Below are positions 9,881-19,824 of a stretch of 64,000 bases of DNA, in pieces. Below the pieces are notes generated by a model. It was not told where the DNA came from and ran no database searches. It saw only the letters and a program-made list of their open reading frames with translations. The position numbers and the translations under genes were made by a program. The DNA is from Gemmatimonadales bacterium (GTDB lineage Bacteria; Gemmatimonadota; Gemmatimonadetes; Gemmatimonadales; Gemmatimonadaceae): NCBI GenBank assembly GCA_039931395.1, contig JBDTRZ010000004.1, forward strand, positions 587 to 64,586. The letters run 5' to 3'. Each line of letters begins with the position of its first letter. Positions within the stretch are counted from its first letter, which is position 1.

Positions 9881-10938
9881 GCGCTCCCGTGCGGGTTCTC
9901 CACGTGCTCGGCACAGGGGAGGAGTACGCGAAGGGAATCGCGCACACTGTGATGAATCTGGCGCGACACGTGGATGCCAGTCGTTACAGGCTTTCAGCAG
10001 TCATTCTGCGCGGGGACGGCCCGGTCGGCGACCAGCTGCGAGCAGCAGGGGTGACTGTGAAGGCGGTGGGATGGGAGGACGGCTGGACCGACGTACCGGG
10101 GGCTCTTCGTTTCATGGGAGCGCTGCGCCAGTCGCGCGCGGACATCGTGCACCTGCATGCTGGTGGTCTGTCTCCCCGCTTCGTTTCGAAGATCGCCGCG
10201 GGCGCGCGGGTGGTGGTGCACTACCACTCACTCGAGCAGGAGTCTGGCAACGGCTCCGGTACCCCCCGCTCCACTCTCGCGGCGGATCTGGTAATCGTCA
10301 ACTCGGAAGCGACGGCGGCGAGCGTTCGGGGACGCAAGCCTCTTGTCGTTTATCCTGGCGTCAACGTTCCGCCGCGCGCGAAGCCGCGTGATGCAACGGG
10401 ACCCGTCATCCTCGGCGTCGCTGCCCGGCTCGCTCCGGTGAAAGGGATCAGCTACCTGCTCTCCGCGATGAAGCAGATCCTCATCGATGATCCCGACACA
10501 GTCCTCCAGATAGCGGGTGCCGGGCCCGATCGGCACAAACTGGAGAGCGAAGCAGAATGGGCGGGCGTGGCCGGAAGCACCCGCTTCGTGGGCTGGCAGG
10601 ATGACGTCGCGACGCTCATGAACAGATGGGACATTTACGTTCAGCCATCGCTGTCGGAGGGCCTTGGCATAGCGGTACTCGAGGCAATGGCGATCGGCCT
10701 GCCGGTTGTTGCGACCGCTGTTGGCGGGCTTCGTGAGATCGTGCTGCATGGAGAGACCGGCTATCTCGTGCCTCCGCGTGATCCGGACGCGCTTGCAGGA
10801 AGCGTGTGCGAACTGATGCGGGACCCACGACTCCGTGCACGCATGGGCGACGCCGGACGCCGACGCGCGACCGAACACTTCTCTCTCGAGCGCGAAGTGA
10901 CCGCGATCCAATCCGCCTATGACAGGTTGCTCGCATGA
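9877..10938 (+). CDS. Glycosyltransferase family 4
   Basis: RLAPVKG, PSLSEGLGIAVLEAMA (EX7E). Confidence 0.9.
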   Translation: MSAPVRVLHVLGTGEEYAKGIAHTVMNLARHVDASRYRLSAVILRGDGPVGDQLRAAGVTVKAVGWEDGWTDVPGALRFMGALRQSRADIVHLHAGGLSPRFVSKIAAGARVVVHYHSLEQESGNGSGTPRSTLAADLVIVNSEATAASVRGRKPLVVYPGVNVPPRAKPRDATGPVILGVAARLAPVKGISYLLSAMKQILIDDPDTVLQIAGAGPDRHKLESEAEWAGVAGSTRFVGWQDDVATLMNRWDIYVQPSLSEGLGIAVLEAMAIGLPVVATAVGGLREIVLHGETGYLVPPRDPDALAGSVCELMRDPRLRARMGDAGRRRATEHFSLEREVTAIQSAYDRLLA

Positions 10939-12647
10939 TCGTGCTCGGTTTCACTTTCTGGAAGGGGAGTCATGACTCGTCAGCGGCGATCGTCCGCGAC
11001 GGGTCGCTCGTCGCAGCTGCAGAGGAAGAGCGTTTTTCACGAGTGAAGCACGACGGAAGCGTGCCGCTCGCCGCGATAGACTTCTGCTTTCACGCCGCAG
11101 GTGTCACGATGCGGGACGTCGACGTGATCGCGTACCCTGACCGGCCCTTCAGAACGGGACGCAATTCGCAGATTGCAGAGATGAAGAGCGAGACGCTCGC
11201 GGCGATGGTCGAGACGGGGCACGCGCGCAAGCGGTCGCTCCTTCACAAGAAGGCACTCGACATCGGATTGCGAATCGGTATCGCTCCGGACGCCGGAATG
11301 AATCCGATGGTGGCCGAAGGCTTCCGCGCTGTCGAGGAGAGATATGGAACGCTGCCGCGGATGCGATACTACGGACACCATCTCGCGCACGCCGCTGCGG
11401 CCTACCTGACGTCCGGATTCGAGGAAGCCGCAGTCGTGACGATCGACGGCCGCGGAGGTCCCCTCTCGGCGGCGACGTGGCACGGCCGGTCCTCGGCTTT
11501 GGAATGTCTGGACGAGGAGCCATACACGAACTCGCTCGGCTGGTTTTACAGGGATTGCACTCGCTTCGCCGGGCTTGGCGATTTTGGAGAGGGAAAGCTG
11601 ATGGGACTCGCGCCCTATGGCCGGCCGTCAGCGCAGCTTGCGACAGTGAATAGTCTACTGGACACGACCGACCCACGATGGTTCCGGTACCGAGCCGCTC
11701 CAAATGAGGAGCTCGCAGGATTTCCAGCGAGGCATGACGAGGATGTTCTGTCGGGACCCTACGCTGACTTCGGAGCAGGAGTCCAGCATGCGCTCGAGCG
11801 TGGTTACGAGCGTGCCGTTCGGTCGGCTGCCGGAACTTCGGGCTCACGAAATCTTTGTGTCGGTGGCGGTGTGGCGATGAACTGTTCGGCGAACGGAAAG
11901 CTGCTTGCGGCTTCTGTCGCCGACGACATGTGGCTCTTCCCCGCCTCGGGAGATGCGGGGCTCAGCGTGGGCGCCGCACTTCTCGCGTCGCGCGATGCCG
12001 GAGAGCGGGTCACCCAAAGGATCGAGTCGCCGTACTGGGGCCCCGAGTTCGACGATGCCGCGATCGAGTCTGCGCTTCAATCCGAAACGCGCGTCAAGTA
12101 CTGCAGACCGGCGAGTCTCAGTGCTCACGTCGCGAGCGCCATCGCGGCTGGCAGCGTGGCCGGATGGTTTCAGGGAAGAATGGAGCTCGGCCCTCGCGCG
12201 CTCGGCAATCGCAGCATTCTTGCGGACCCGCGTACGATCGAGATGCGCGACAAGGTGAATCGCGTGAAGGGACGCGAGCTGTGGCGACCGCTGGCTCCAT
12301 CCATACTCGCCGACAGGACGCATGAATACTTCGAGCGCGTACCGCCAAATGCGTTCATGCTCTTCGCCACCCAGGCCCGGGCGATCACGAAGGAAGTTGC
12401 TCCGGCGATAGTTCATGTCGACGGAAGCGCGCGACCACAGCCCGTATCGCGCGATCTCAATCCGCGTTTTCATGATCTGCTCGAGGCGTTCGACGAGCTG
12501 ACCGGCGTTCCCATCCTGCTGAATACCTCATTCAACGCCGCCGGAGAGCCGATAGTCTGCACACCTGCCGACGCGCTGCGGACTTTTGTCTCCACGAATC
12601 TCGACATCCTCGTCATGGGATCGTTCGTGGCGACAAGATCGGCGTGA
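10935..12647 (+). CDS. O-carbamoyltransferase (NodU/CmcH family)
   Basis: HDSSAA, EEERFSRVKH, HHLAHA, GGGVAMNC, GPRALGNRSIL, HVDGSARPQ, LNTSFN. Confidence 0.92.
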   Translation: MIVLGFTFWKGSHDSSAAIVRDGSLVAAAEEERFSRVKHDGSVPLAAIDFCFHAAGVTMRDVDVIAYPDRPFRTGRNSQIAEMKSETLAAMVETGHARKRSLLHKKALDIGLRIGIAPDAGMNPMVAEGFRAVEERYGTLPRMRYYGHHLAHAAAAYLTSGFEEAAVVTIDGRGGPLSAATWHGRSSALECLDEEPYTNSLGWFYRDCTRFAGLGDFGEGKLMGLAPYGRPSAQLATVNSLLDTTDPRWFRYRAAPNEELAGFPARHDEDVLSGPYADFGAGVQHALERGYERAVRSAAGTSGSRNLCVGGGVAMNCSANGKLLAASVADDMWLFPASGDAGLSVGAALLASRDAGERVTQRIESPYWGPEFDDAAIESALQSETRVKYCRPASLSAHVASAIAAGSVAGWFQGRMELGPRALGNRSILADPRTIEMRDKVNRVKGRELWRPLAPSILADRTHEYFERVPPNAFMLFATQARAITKEVAPAIVHVDGSARPQPVSRDLNPRFHDLLEAFDELTGVPILLNTSFNAAGEPIVCTPADALRTFVSTNLDILVMGSFVATRSA

Positions 12648-13597
12648 CGATGGCGACTGATTCGGCCGCGGTTCCGGTCGCACAGGCGATCAGTGGCAAA
12701 TGGTACGACGACGAGGCGCTCGTCAGTGCCCTGCCCCGCCGCTATCGCGCGTATGCGCTCTACTCGCATCTGGTCGGAAACGAGGGCTCGAGGAAAATAC
12801 CGGGTGGCTCGTTCCTGCTGCGCGCACTCAGGACTGCAAGCGCTGCGACCGGCTTGCCCACAGCCGCACACGTCCGTGGAATCGACGGGCTCGTCGTGGT
12901 AACGGACTTCGCTGATGAGCGGGTGCTCGACGTCATCCATGAAATCCGCGGTGAGAATCCCGAGTACCGCGTGCTGCGCGGACTGTTGTCGAAGGGAGAC
13001 ACGTTCGTGGATGTCGGAGCGAACTTCGGCACATTCACCCTGCTCACGTCGCGAATGGTTGGAGATTCCGGAAAGGTGATCGCGATCGAGCCACAACCAA
13101 ACCTGGCGCGCGGCATCGCGGAATCCGCCAGGCTGAGCGGCAGCACCAACTGCGAAATCCTGCAGGTCGCGTGCGGAAACCTGCCTGGCACCTCCGACCT
13201 CCTCGTCCCCGCCCAGGATACTGGGCGAGGTGGATTCTTTGCCGGCTTTTCAGGTCGCGGGCATCACGCCGTCCTACCGGTGAAGGTCGCGACTCTCGAC
13301 GGGATAATGAGTGAGACGACCAGTCCCGGCGGTCTCGTGATCAAGCTCGACGTCGAAGGAAGCGAGATCGAGGTACTGCAAGGCGCGCGAAAGCTGATCG
13401 AAGCGCGACGGCCCGCGATCATCGTGGAGATCAATCCATGGAGTGCGCGCGCGGCAGGAAGATCGCCGGGACACCTGCTCGATTGCCTGAAGGAGTTTGG
13501 CTACAGCACCTTTGCCACGATCTCCTCATTCCCCGATACGGTCTCACGCTCGGGAATCGAGACTGACCGGCAGAGCAACGTCGTCGTGCTTCCATGA
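12644..13597 (+). CDS. FkbM family methyltransferase
   Basis: FVDVGANFG, IEP, IKLDVEGSE. Confidence 0.88.
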   Translation: MTMATDSAAVPVAQAISGKWYDDEALVSALPRRYRAYALYSHLVGNEGSRKIPGGSFLLRALRTASAATGLPTAAHVRGIDGLVVVTDFADERVLDVIHEIRGENPEYRVLRGLLSKGDTFVDVGANFGTFTLLTSRMVGDSGKVIAIEPQPNLARGIAESARLSGSTNCEILQVACGNLPGTSDLLVPAQDTGRGGFFAGFSGRGHHAVLPVKVATLDGIMSETTSPGGLVIKLDVEGSEIEVLQGARKLIEARRPAIIVEINPWSARAAGRSPGHLLDCLKEFGYSTFATISSFPDTVSRSGIETDRQSNVVVLP

Positions 13598-14709
13598 CAC
13601 GCAGCGATGGGGTGCGAGCTCTCGCCCTGGTGACCGACGCGTACGGCGGGACGGGAGGCATCGCCCAGTACAGCCGGGACCTGATCGAGGCTGTAGCCAG
13701 TTACGGAAAGGGCACGAGTGTCGTGGTCGTCCCTCGCGTGATAGCCCGCGAGATTCAGTCACCGCCTTCCAACGTCCGCCACGTGACATCCGCAAGCGGA
13801 TCAAAGATCAGGTTTGCGGCGACCGCGCTTCGCGAGGCGATTGCGCACCCTGTCGATCTCGTGATCTGCGGGCACGTGCATCTGCTGCCGGTCGCATGGG
13901 CTGCGGCACGGGCAAGAGGCGCCCGACTCATCCTGGTGACGTACGGACTCGAGGTGTGGGACGACAGAGGAACCATCGACAGGTTCCTCGTCGCGTCGGC
14001 TACGTCAGTCATCTCGATCAGCGATTTCACGCTCGAGAGAATGCGCTCATGGTCGCGAATTGCGGAGGATCGAACTTTCATCCTTCCAAATGCGGTGGAC
14101 CTCGAGCTCTACACCCCGGGCCCGCCCAGCGAAGCGATGCGAGAGCGTCTTCAGCTGGGAGAGGGTCCGATAATCCTCACGCTTGGACGCATGGCCGCTG
14201 ACGAACAGGCCAAGGGTTTCGACGAGATACTCGAAGTACTCGGAGAGCTGACAGACGAATTTCCTGGACTTCAGTACTGTGCCGCAGGTGATGGCACTGA
14301 CAGGGCCCGACTGGAGGAGAAGGCTGCAGCCCTCGGACTTGGAGATGCAGTGAAGTTTCCCGGGTACATCGACGAAAGCGACAAGCCCGACCTGTATCGG
14401 CTCTGCACAGTCTTCGCGATGCCGAGCCGGCTCGAGGGGTTCGGATACGTTTTTCTCGAAGCCCTCGCATGCGGAATCCCCGTTGTCGCAAGCAGCATCG
14501 ACGGAAGCCGCGAAGCCGTGATGAACGGCGGGCTCGGGATAATGGTCGATCCCCGCAACCGGCCGCAGCTTCTCGATGGATTGAGGAGTGCCCTTCGCTC
14601 TCCCTTCGTCCCGTCGCGTGATGCTCTTGAATACTTCTCACCCGGAAGCTTCGAGCAGCGAGCACATCGGATTGTGGATGCGACGCTGGAAATGTCTCGC
14701 CATGTGTGA
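13594..14709 (+). CDS. Glycosyltransferase family 4
   Basis: GGIAQY, KGFD, EGFGYVFLEALACG. Confidence 0.9.
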   Translation: MTRSDGVRALALVTDAYGGTGGIAQYSRDLIEAVASYGKGTSVVVVPRVIAREIQSPPSNVRHVTSASGSKIRFAATALREAIAHPVDLVICGHVHLLPVAWAAARARGARLILVTYGLEVWDDRGTIDRFLVASATSVISISDFTLERMRSWSRIAEDRTFILPNAVDLELYTPGPPSEAMRERLQLGEGPIILTLGRMAADEQAKGFDEILEVLGELTDEFPGLQYCAAGDGTDRARLEEKAAALGLGDAVKFPGYIDESDKPDLYRLCTVFAMPSRLEGFGYVFLEALACGIPVVASSIDGSREAVMNGGLGIMVDPRNRPQLLDGLRSALRSPFVPSRDALEYFSPGSFEQRAHRIVDATLEMSRHV

Positions 14710-14769
14710 TAGGCTGATTCTCCTTATGCACACCGGCGCACGGCTCACGAGCGGAACCACAGCGGCGAA

Positions 14770-15759
14770 ATGAACCTCAAGGGACGAAAGGTGCTCGTTA
14801 CGGGCGCCGGCGGATTCATAGGCAGTCACCTCGTCGAGGCACTCGTGTCGCGCGGCGCGGAAGTGCGCGCGATGGTGCGGTACAACTCGCTCAATCGGGT
14901 TGGCCAGCTGGATTCTCTCGACGAGAAAACGAAGAACGCCATCGAGATCATTCGGGGCGACATCGGGGACAGCCGCTTCGTAGATCACGCAGTGAAAGGG
15001 ACGGATGTCGTTTTTCATCTCGCCGCTCTCATCACGATTCCATACTCGTACATTGCTCCCGGCAGCTACGTGGAGACGAATGTCGTCGGAACGATGAACG
15101 TGCTCGAAGCGGTTCGGGACAGCGGGTCGGCACGCATGGTCCACACATCGACGAGCGAAGTGTACGGCTCCGCCGTTTATACGCCGATCGACGAAAAGCA
15201 TCCGCTTCAGGCGCAGTCGCCATACTCGGCGTCCAAGATCGCCGCCGACAAGCTTGTCGAGAGCTACGTGCGATCGTTTGATGTTCCGGCAATCACAGTC
15301 CGGCCATTCAACACTTACGGCCCGAGGCAGTCACCTCGCGCCATCCTCCCCAGCATCCTCATTCAGGCGCTGGCCGGCGACACGGTTCGACTGGGGTCTC
15401 TCGATCCAATCCGCGACCTTACGTACGTCACGGATACCGTCGAAGGCTTTCTTCTCGCTGCGACCGCGGACGATCTCGAGGGAGTTACAGTGAACCTGGG
15501 AATGGGTGAAGGATTCTCCGTCCAGGAGCTGGTGGAGCGGGTGAGCGCAGTCGTCGGCCGCAAACTTCAAGTTGTCGTAGAGAAAGCGCGTATCAGGCCT
15601 GAGGCGAGCGAGGTCACTCGACTGGTCTCGGACAACACGATGGCGCGCGAGCGGCTGGGATGGAAACCCAGGGTTTCTCTGGATCAAGGCCTGCGGCTCA
15701 TGCTTCCCTGGTTCCGCGACAATGCCGGGTATTACGACGCGAGCCGATACAATGTCTGA
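14770..15759 (+). CDS. NAD-dependent nucleotide-sugar 4,6-dehydratase (LegB-like)
   Basis: TGAGGFIGSH, HLAALITIPYSY, TSTSEVYG, QSPYSASK, RPFNTYGPRQS. Confidence 0.85.
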   Translation: MNLKGRKVLVTGAGGFIGSHLVEALVSRGAEVRAMVRYNSLNRVGQLDSLDEKTKNAIEIIRGDIGDSRFVDHAVKGTDVVFHLAALITIPYSYIAPGSYVETNVVGTMNVLEAVRDSGSARMVHTSTSEVYGSAVYTPIDEKHPLQAQSPYSASKIAADKLVESYVRSFDVPAITVRPFNTYGPRQSPRAILPSILIQALAGDTVRLGSLDPIRDLTYVTDTVEGFLLAATADDLEGVTVNLGMGEGFSVQELVERVSAVVGRKLQVVVEKARIRPEASEVTRLVSDNTMARERLGWKPRVSLDQGLRLMLPWFRDNAGYYDASRYNV

Positions 15760-15765
15760 CGAACG

Positions 15766-16518
15766 ATGCGCGCTGTAATCCTCGCGGGAGGCCGTGGAAC
15801 CCGGCTGGCTCCGTACACCACGGTCTTTCCCAAGCCCCTGGTTCCCGTCGGAGAGTATCCGATAATCGAGATCATACTCAGGCAGCTGCACGCCCAGGGC
15901 GTTCGACGAGTCACTCTCGCGGTGGGGTATCTGGCTGAGCTGATCCGCGCCTATCTCGATCAGCGCTCCGCCGTGTTCGACGGGCTCCAGATCGACTACA
16001 TCACCGAGACCGCCCCAACAGGAACAGCGGGAGCGCTCGGATCGATTCCGGATCTCGCAGACGAAGAGTTCTTTCTGGTGATGAACGGCGACGTGCTTAC
16101 GACGATCGATCTGGCCGCGATGGTGAGGCATCATCGCGCATCGAAATCGGATCTCACGATCGCGACAGCCGCTCGCGCGGTTGACGTCGACCTCGGGGTA
16201 CTCGAGATCGACGCGGAAGAACATGTCGTCGGATATCGCGAGAAGCCGAGGCTCGAGTACGATGTGTCGATGGGCATCTACCTCTATTCTCCGCAGGCCC
16301 TGCGCTGGATCGAGCGGGGAGTGTACCTCGACTTTCCCGATCTCATCCTGAAAATGATCAGCGAAGGCCAGCGCATCGGTGCGTATCGAACTGACTGTCT
16401 CTGGCTCGACATCGGGAGGCATGAGGACTACGCCACCGCAGTGGAGACATTCGAGGCCAATCGCGAGGCGTTCCTTCCAGTATCCAAAGGCGACGAGGAG
16501 AAGCCCTCCCGTGGCTGA
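15766..16518 (+). CDS. Sugar-phosphate nucleotidyltransferase
   Basis: ILAGGRGTRLAPYT..PKPL, GTAG, MNGD, WLDIG. Confidence 0.88.
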   Translation: MRAVILAGGRGTRLAPYTTVFPKPLVPVGEYPIIEIILRQLHAQGVRRVTLAVGYLAELIRAYLDQRSAVFDGLQIDYITETAPTGTAGALGSIPDLADEEFFLVMNGDVLTTIDLAAMVRHHRASKSDLTIATAARAVDVDLGVLEIDAEEHVVGYREKPRLEYDVSMGIYLYSPQALRWIERGVYLDFPDLILKMISEGQRIGAYRTDCLWLDIGRHEDYATAVETFEANREAFLPVSKGDEEKPSRG

Positions 16519-17671
16519 CTGGCTGATTCCCTTGTTCGACCTCGACTACGGCGAGGCCGAGGCGTCGGCGGTGTCGGAGGTTTTCAAGAGCCAGTGGCTC
16601 ACAATGGGCGAGAGAATCATCGAGTTCGAGCGAGAATTCGCTCAGCTCTGTGCTGTCCGCCACGCCATTGCGATGAACAACTGCACAGCTGCTCTTCACG
16701 CATCTTACGTTGCAGCCGGAGTGAGGCCGGGCGATGAGGTGATTGTGCCGTCCCTCACGTTCGTCGCAACCGTCAACACCGTCATTTCAGCGGGCGCATT
16801 GCCCGTCTTCGCCGACATTGCGAACGCTTGCGATCTCTCGATCTCACGAGAATCCATCGAGCGTGCGATCACGCCGAGGACTCGCGCAATCGCCGTGCTG
16901 CATTACGGGGGATTCGCGTGCGCGATCGCGGAGATTCGAGAGCTCGCGGATTCGCGGGGCCTTGCCCTGATCGAAGATTGCGCTCATGCACCCGGCTCCT
17001 CCTCTCACGGTCGCATGCTTGGCGCCTGGGGCGACGCCGCCGCGTTCTCGTTTTTCTCGAACAAGAACCTCTCCACCGGAGAGGGCGGAATGGTCACCAC
17101 CAACGACGACGATCTCGCCGTGCGGCTCCGCTTGCTCCGATCACACGGCATGACCACGATGACGCTGGACCGTCACAGGGGACATGCGTTCAGCTATGAC
17201 GTCACGCTCGCGGGGCACAATTACAGAATGGACGAAATGCACGCGGCCCTCGGCAGCGTGCAGCTCGACAAACTGCGGGCCAAGAACGCACGCAGGCGCC
17301 TCGTCACTGCCCATTACAGGGAAAAGCTCAGCTCGGATCTCCCCGAGGTCGGCATTCCCTTCCCGGTCGTGGATCTCGAGCAGTCGGCGTGTCACATCAT
17401 GGCGGTGGTGCTCCCCGAGAATGTGGAACGGGAGCCGGTTATGAAGGCCATGGCAAGGCAGCGGATTCAGTCGAGCGTTCATTATCCGCCGGTCCACCAT
17501 TTCAGCTACTATCGCGAGCGATTTCCCGACGTCCAGCTGCCCGTCACGGAAGGCGTCGCTGGCCGGCTGCTGACTCTTCCGCTCTTTCCGCAGATGACCC
17601 ATCAACAGGTGGACACGGTCGTGGCCGCGCTCGCTGAGGCGATCCTCGAAGAGAGCCATAGACTGCGCTAG
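16511..17671 (+). CDS. DegT/DnrJ/EryC1/StrS PLP-dependent sugar aminotransferase
   Basis: NCTAALH, PSLTFVAT, IEDCAHA, FSFFSNKNLSTGEGG; GTG start at 16511. Confidence 0.9.
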   Translation: MADWLIPLFDLDYGEAEASAVSEVFKSQWLTMGERIIEFEREFAQLCAVRHAIAMNNCTAALHASYVAAGVRPGDEVIVPSLTFVATVNTVISAGALPVFADIANACDLSISRESIERAITPRTRAIAVLHYGGFACAIAEIRELADSRGLALIEDCAHAPGSSSHGRMLGAWGDAAAFSFFSNKNLSTGEGGMVTTNDDDLAVRLRLLRSHGMTTMTLDRHRGHAFSYDVTLAGHNYRMDEMHAALGSVQLDKLRAKNARRRLVTAHYREKLSSDLPEVGIPFPVVDLEQSACHIMAVVLPENVEREPVMKAMARQRIQSSVHYPPVHHFSYYRERFPDVQLPVTEGVAGRLLTLPLFPQMTHQQVDTVVAALAEAILEESHRLR

Positions 17672-18759
17672 ACTCCGCCGTATGCGCGGCTCAACGCTTC
17701 GAGCACCACTTCGGGCGAGCTCACCTTCTCATACAGCATCCGCGCATCTGCGCATCGCTCGGCGTAGACCTGCTGCGGCTCGGTGAGAATCGTCGCGATC
17801 GCCTTCTCCAGAGCGGTGGTATCGGACGGGGGAACCAGAATCGCGCACCTTCGCTCGCTGAACAGCTCGGGAATCGACCCGACTGTCGTCGCGATCACAG
17901 GCTTTCCGAACGAGCAGGCTTCGAGCAGCGACAAGGGATACCCCTCGTGCAGCGAAGGGAGCACGACGGCAGCACACGCGGAAAGCCGCTCATCGAGCTC
18001 CTCGCCGCTCACTGTTCCCCGCACCTCTACACCATCTGGCGGATTCCGCAGCTCCGGAATTCCATCCGCGCTCCCACCGCCGCATATCGCCAGCGTTACG
18101 TCGCCGATCTGACGACGGACATTCTCGAATGCGGGCAGCAGATACCTGAAGCCCTTGTCAGGATCCATTCTCCCAACGAACAGGAGCGCCCGGGATCTCT
18201 TCCCCGTCGAGGCGGTGTTTCCGCCTGGAGCCCGGTCCTCAGTCCAGAAAGGAAGTATCCGCGTGGAACCGGCGAACGCATACGTTGCGCGGACATTCTC
18301 TTCCATCGTCTTCGACGGCACGAGCAAAGCGGCGCATCGCGCGAGCCGCTCCGCGATCCTGCGGTCGACAAATTTGTTCAGCGGCTTCGCTTCAGTGGTT
18401 TCCCAGACGAAAGTCGGAGGAATGAACGGCAGCGTCAGAAGGTGGCTCGCTTCGCCGGTCAATCCAACGGCGTGGACCGCTCCGGGACGCTTCATCCGGG
18501 CAGCGACCCAGAGTTGAACGGCTATGGACTTTGCCGGAATTCCGAAGCGTGAGCCGCGCGACAGGAGCGCGGAGTGGATGCGGATTCCTGCATTTTCAAG
18601 TCGGTCGCGCGTCAGGTTGTCAGTCGGAAATGTCGAGAACAGAGTGACGCCGGACCCCGCACGTCTCAGCGCCTCGCACAACAGCAGGGTCGCCTTGGCG
18701 GCGCCTCCGACCATTCCTGCCTGATCGGACAACACATAGACCAGACGGGGAATCGCCAA
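17668..18759 (-). CDS. Glycosyltransferase family 4
   Basis: VGGAAKA, FVGRMDPDKG, PSLHEGYPLSLLEA; TTG start inferred just after the upstream stop. Confidence 0.85.
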   Translation of the reverse strand: MAIPRLVYVLSDQAGMVGGAAKATLLLCEALRRAGSGVTLFSTFPTDNLTRDRLENAGIRIHSALLSRGSRFGIPAKSIAVQLWVAARMKRPGAVHAVGLTGEASHLLTLPFIPPTFVWETTEAKPLNKFVDRRIAERLARCAALLVPSKTMEENVRATYAFAGSTRILPFWTEDRAPGGNTASTGKRSRALLFVGRMDPDKGFRYLLPAFENVRRQIGDVTLAICGGGSADGIPELRNPPDGVEVRGTVSGEELDERLSACAAVVLPSLHEGYPLSLLEACSFGKPVIATTVGSIPELFSERRCAILVPPSDTTALEKAIATILTEPQQVYAERCADARMLYEKVSSPEVVLEALSRAYGGV

Positions 18760-18761
18760 GC

Positions 18762-19643
18762 TCAGGTCTTGCGCGCAGCGAGTCGAAGGAGCGGGCCCTT
18801 CGACGCGATGCTGTTGAGCCCATGCTGCATCAGGAAGTACAGTCTGCCGAGGGGAGACCGGAATCGCATCGTCTTGAGCTTTTCGGCGAGTGATGGCTGG
18901 TACGTCTCGCACAGGACTACGTCGAATCCACGCCTTCGCACGACGTCGGTAAGCGTGTCTTCGTTGAAGACGAAAGTGTGCTCCGTCGCCGTCGAGAAAG
19001 GCGGCGGCAATCCGCGAATGCGGCTTGCCGCCCTCTCCAGATAATGGCTGGAATTCCTGTAGCTCTCCGTCCCGATCCAGAGCAGTCCACCCGGTTTGAG
19101 CAGGGCCCGTAACGCACCGATGAACGCGTCCAGATCGACCACGTGCTCGATGACGTGCCACGCATAAACGACATCGAACGAAGCCGGTTCAAAGCGTTCA
19201 GTTGGAACCGAATCCTGGACCACGTTCGTCAAGCCAAAAACTTCCTGTGCGTGCAGAACAGCTGCAGCCGAGGTCTCGACCCCCCATACGTCGTAACCGG
19301 CATCGCGCGCTGCGGCGAGGAAGCTGCCGGTCCCGGCGCCTATCTCGAGCAGCCGGCCTTTCGGAAACACGGCTTGCACACGCTTTACCTCGGCTCTCTG
19401 ATCATCCACCGAGCGGCGCACAGCGTCGCCGTCGCGGTCGAGCGCTTCGGGCCAATGGGACTGCCAATAGTCGTCCCGGTAGAACTCCTCCAGCTCCCCC
19501 CAATCGCATACCGGGTTGCTGAAAACGAGACCGCAGTCCCTGCACACCGACTGCGAGTAGTGCAGGCGCCCCGGACCGACACTGAGTCCCCAAGGGCGCA
19601 TGCTCGCCGATCTGCAATTGGGACACTCGCTTCGGAAATGCAG
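18762..19643 (-). CDS. Class I SAM methyltransferase with N-terminal CxxC..CxxC zinc ribbon
   Basis: LLEIGAGTG, WHVIEHV; CPNC lies in frame upstream of ATG 19601, and CRDC lies downstream. Start uncertain (see findings). Confidence 0.8.
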   Translation of the reverse strand: MHFRSECPNCRSASMRPWGLSVGPGRLHYSQSVCRDCGLVFSNPVCDWGELEEFYRDDYWQSHWPEALDRDGDAVRRSVDDQRAEVKRVQAVFPKGRLLEIGAGTGSFLAAARDAGYDVWGVETSAAAVLHAQEVFGLTNVVQDSVPTERFEPASFDVVYAWHVIEHVVDLDAFIGALRALLKPGGLLWIGTESYRNSSHYLERAASRIRGLPPPFSTATEHTFVFNEDTLTDVVRRRGFDVVLCETYQPSLAEKLKTMRFRSPLGRLYFLMQHGLNSIASKGPLLRLAARKT

Positions 19644-19824
19644 GCGTTACGCTCTTCTTTGACTGGGGGGCCGCGGCATCGTGGCGAAAAATCTAACCGG
19701 CTCCGCATGCGAGGGGCGCAAGCGGAACGCGCGGCATGCTTGAATCATCCTTCATCACCCGGGGCCGTGATGCTAAGTTGAGCCCCATGTGGCGTTCGAC
19801 TGTACATCGGAGAGGAATGAGGGC

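Noticed and set aside
14702-14773. 23-codon ORF bridging the GT4 stop and the dehydratase start
   Set aside because: Could aid coupling, but it has no RBS or other support and is plausible by chance.
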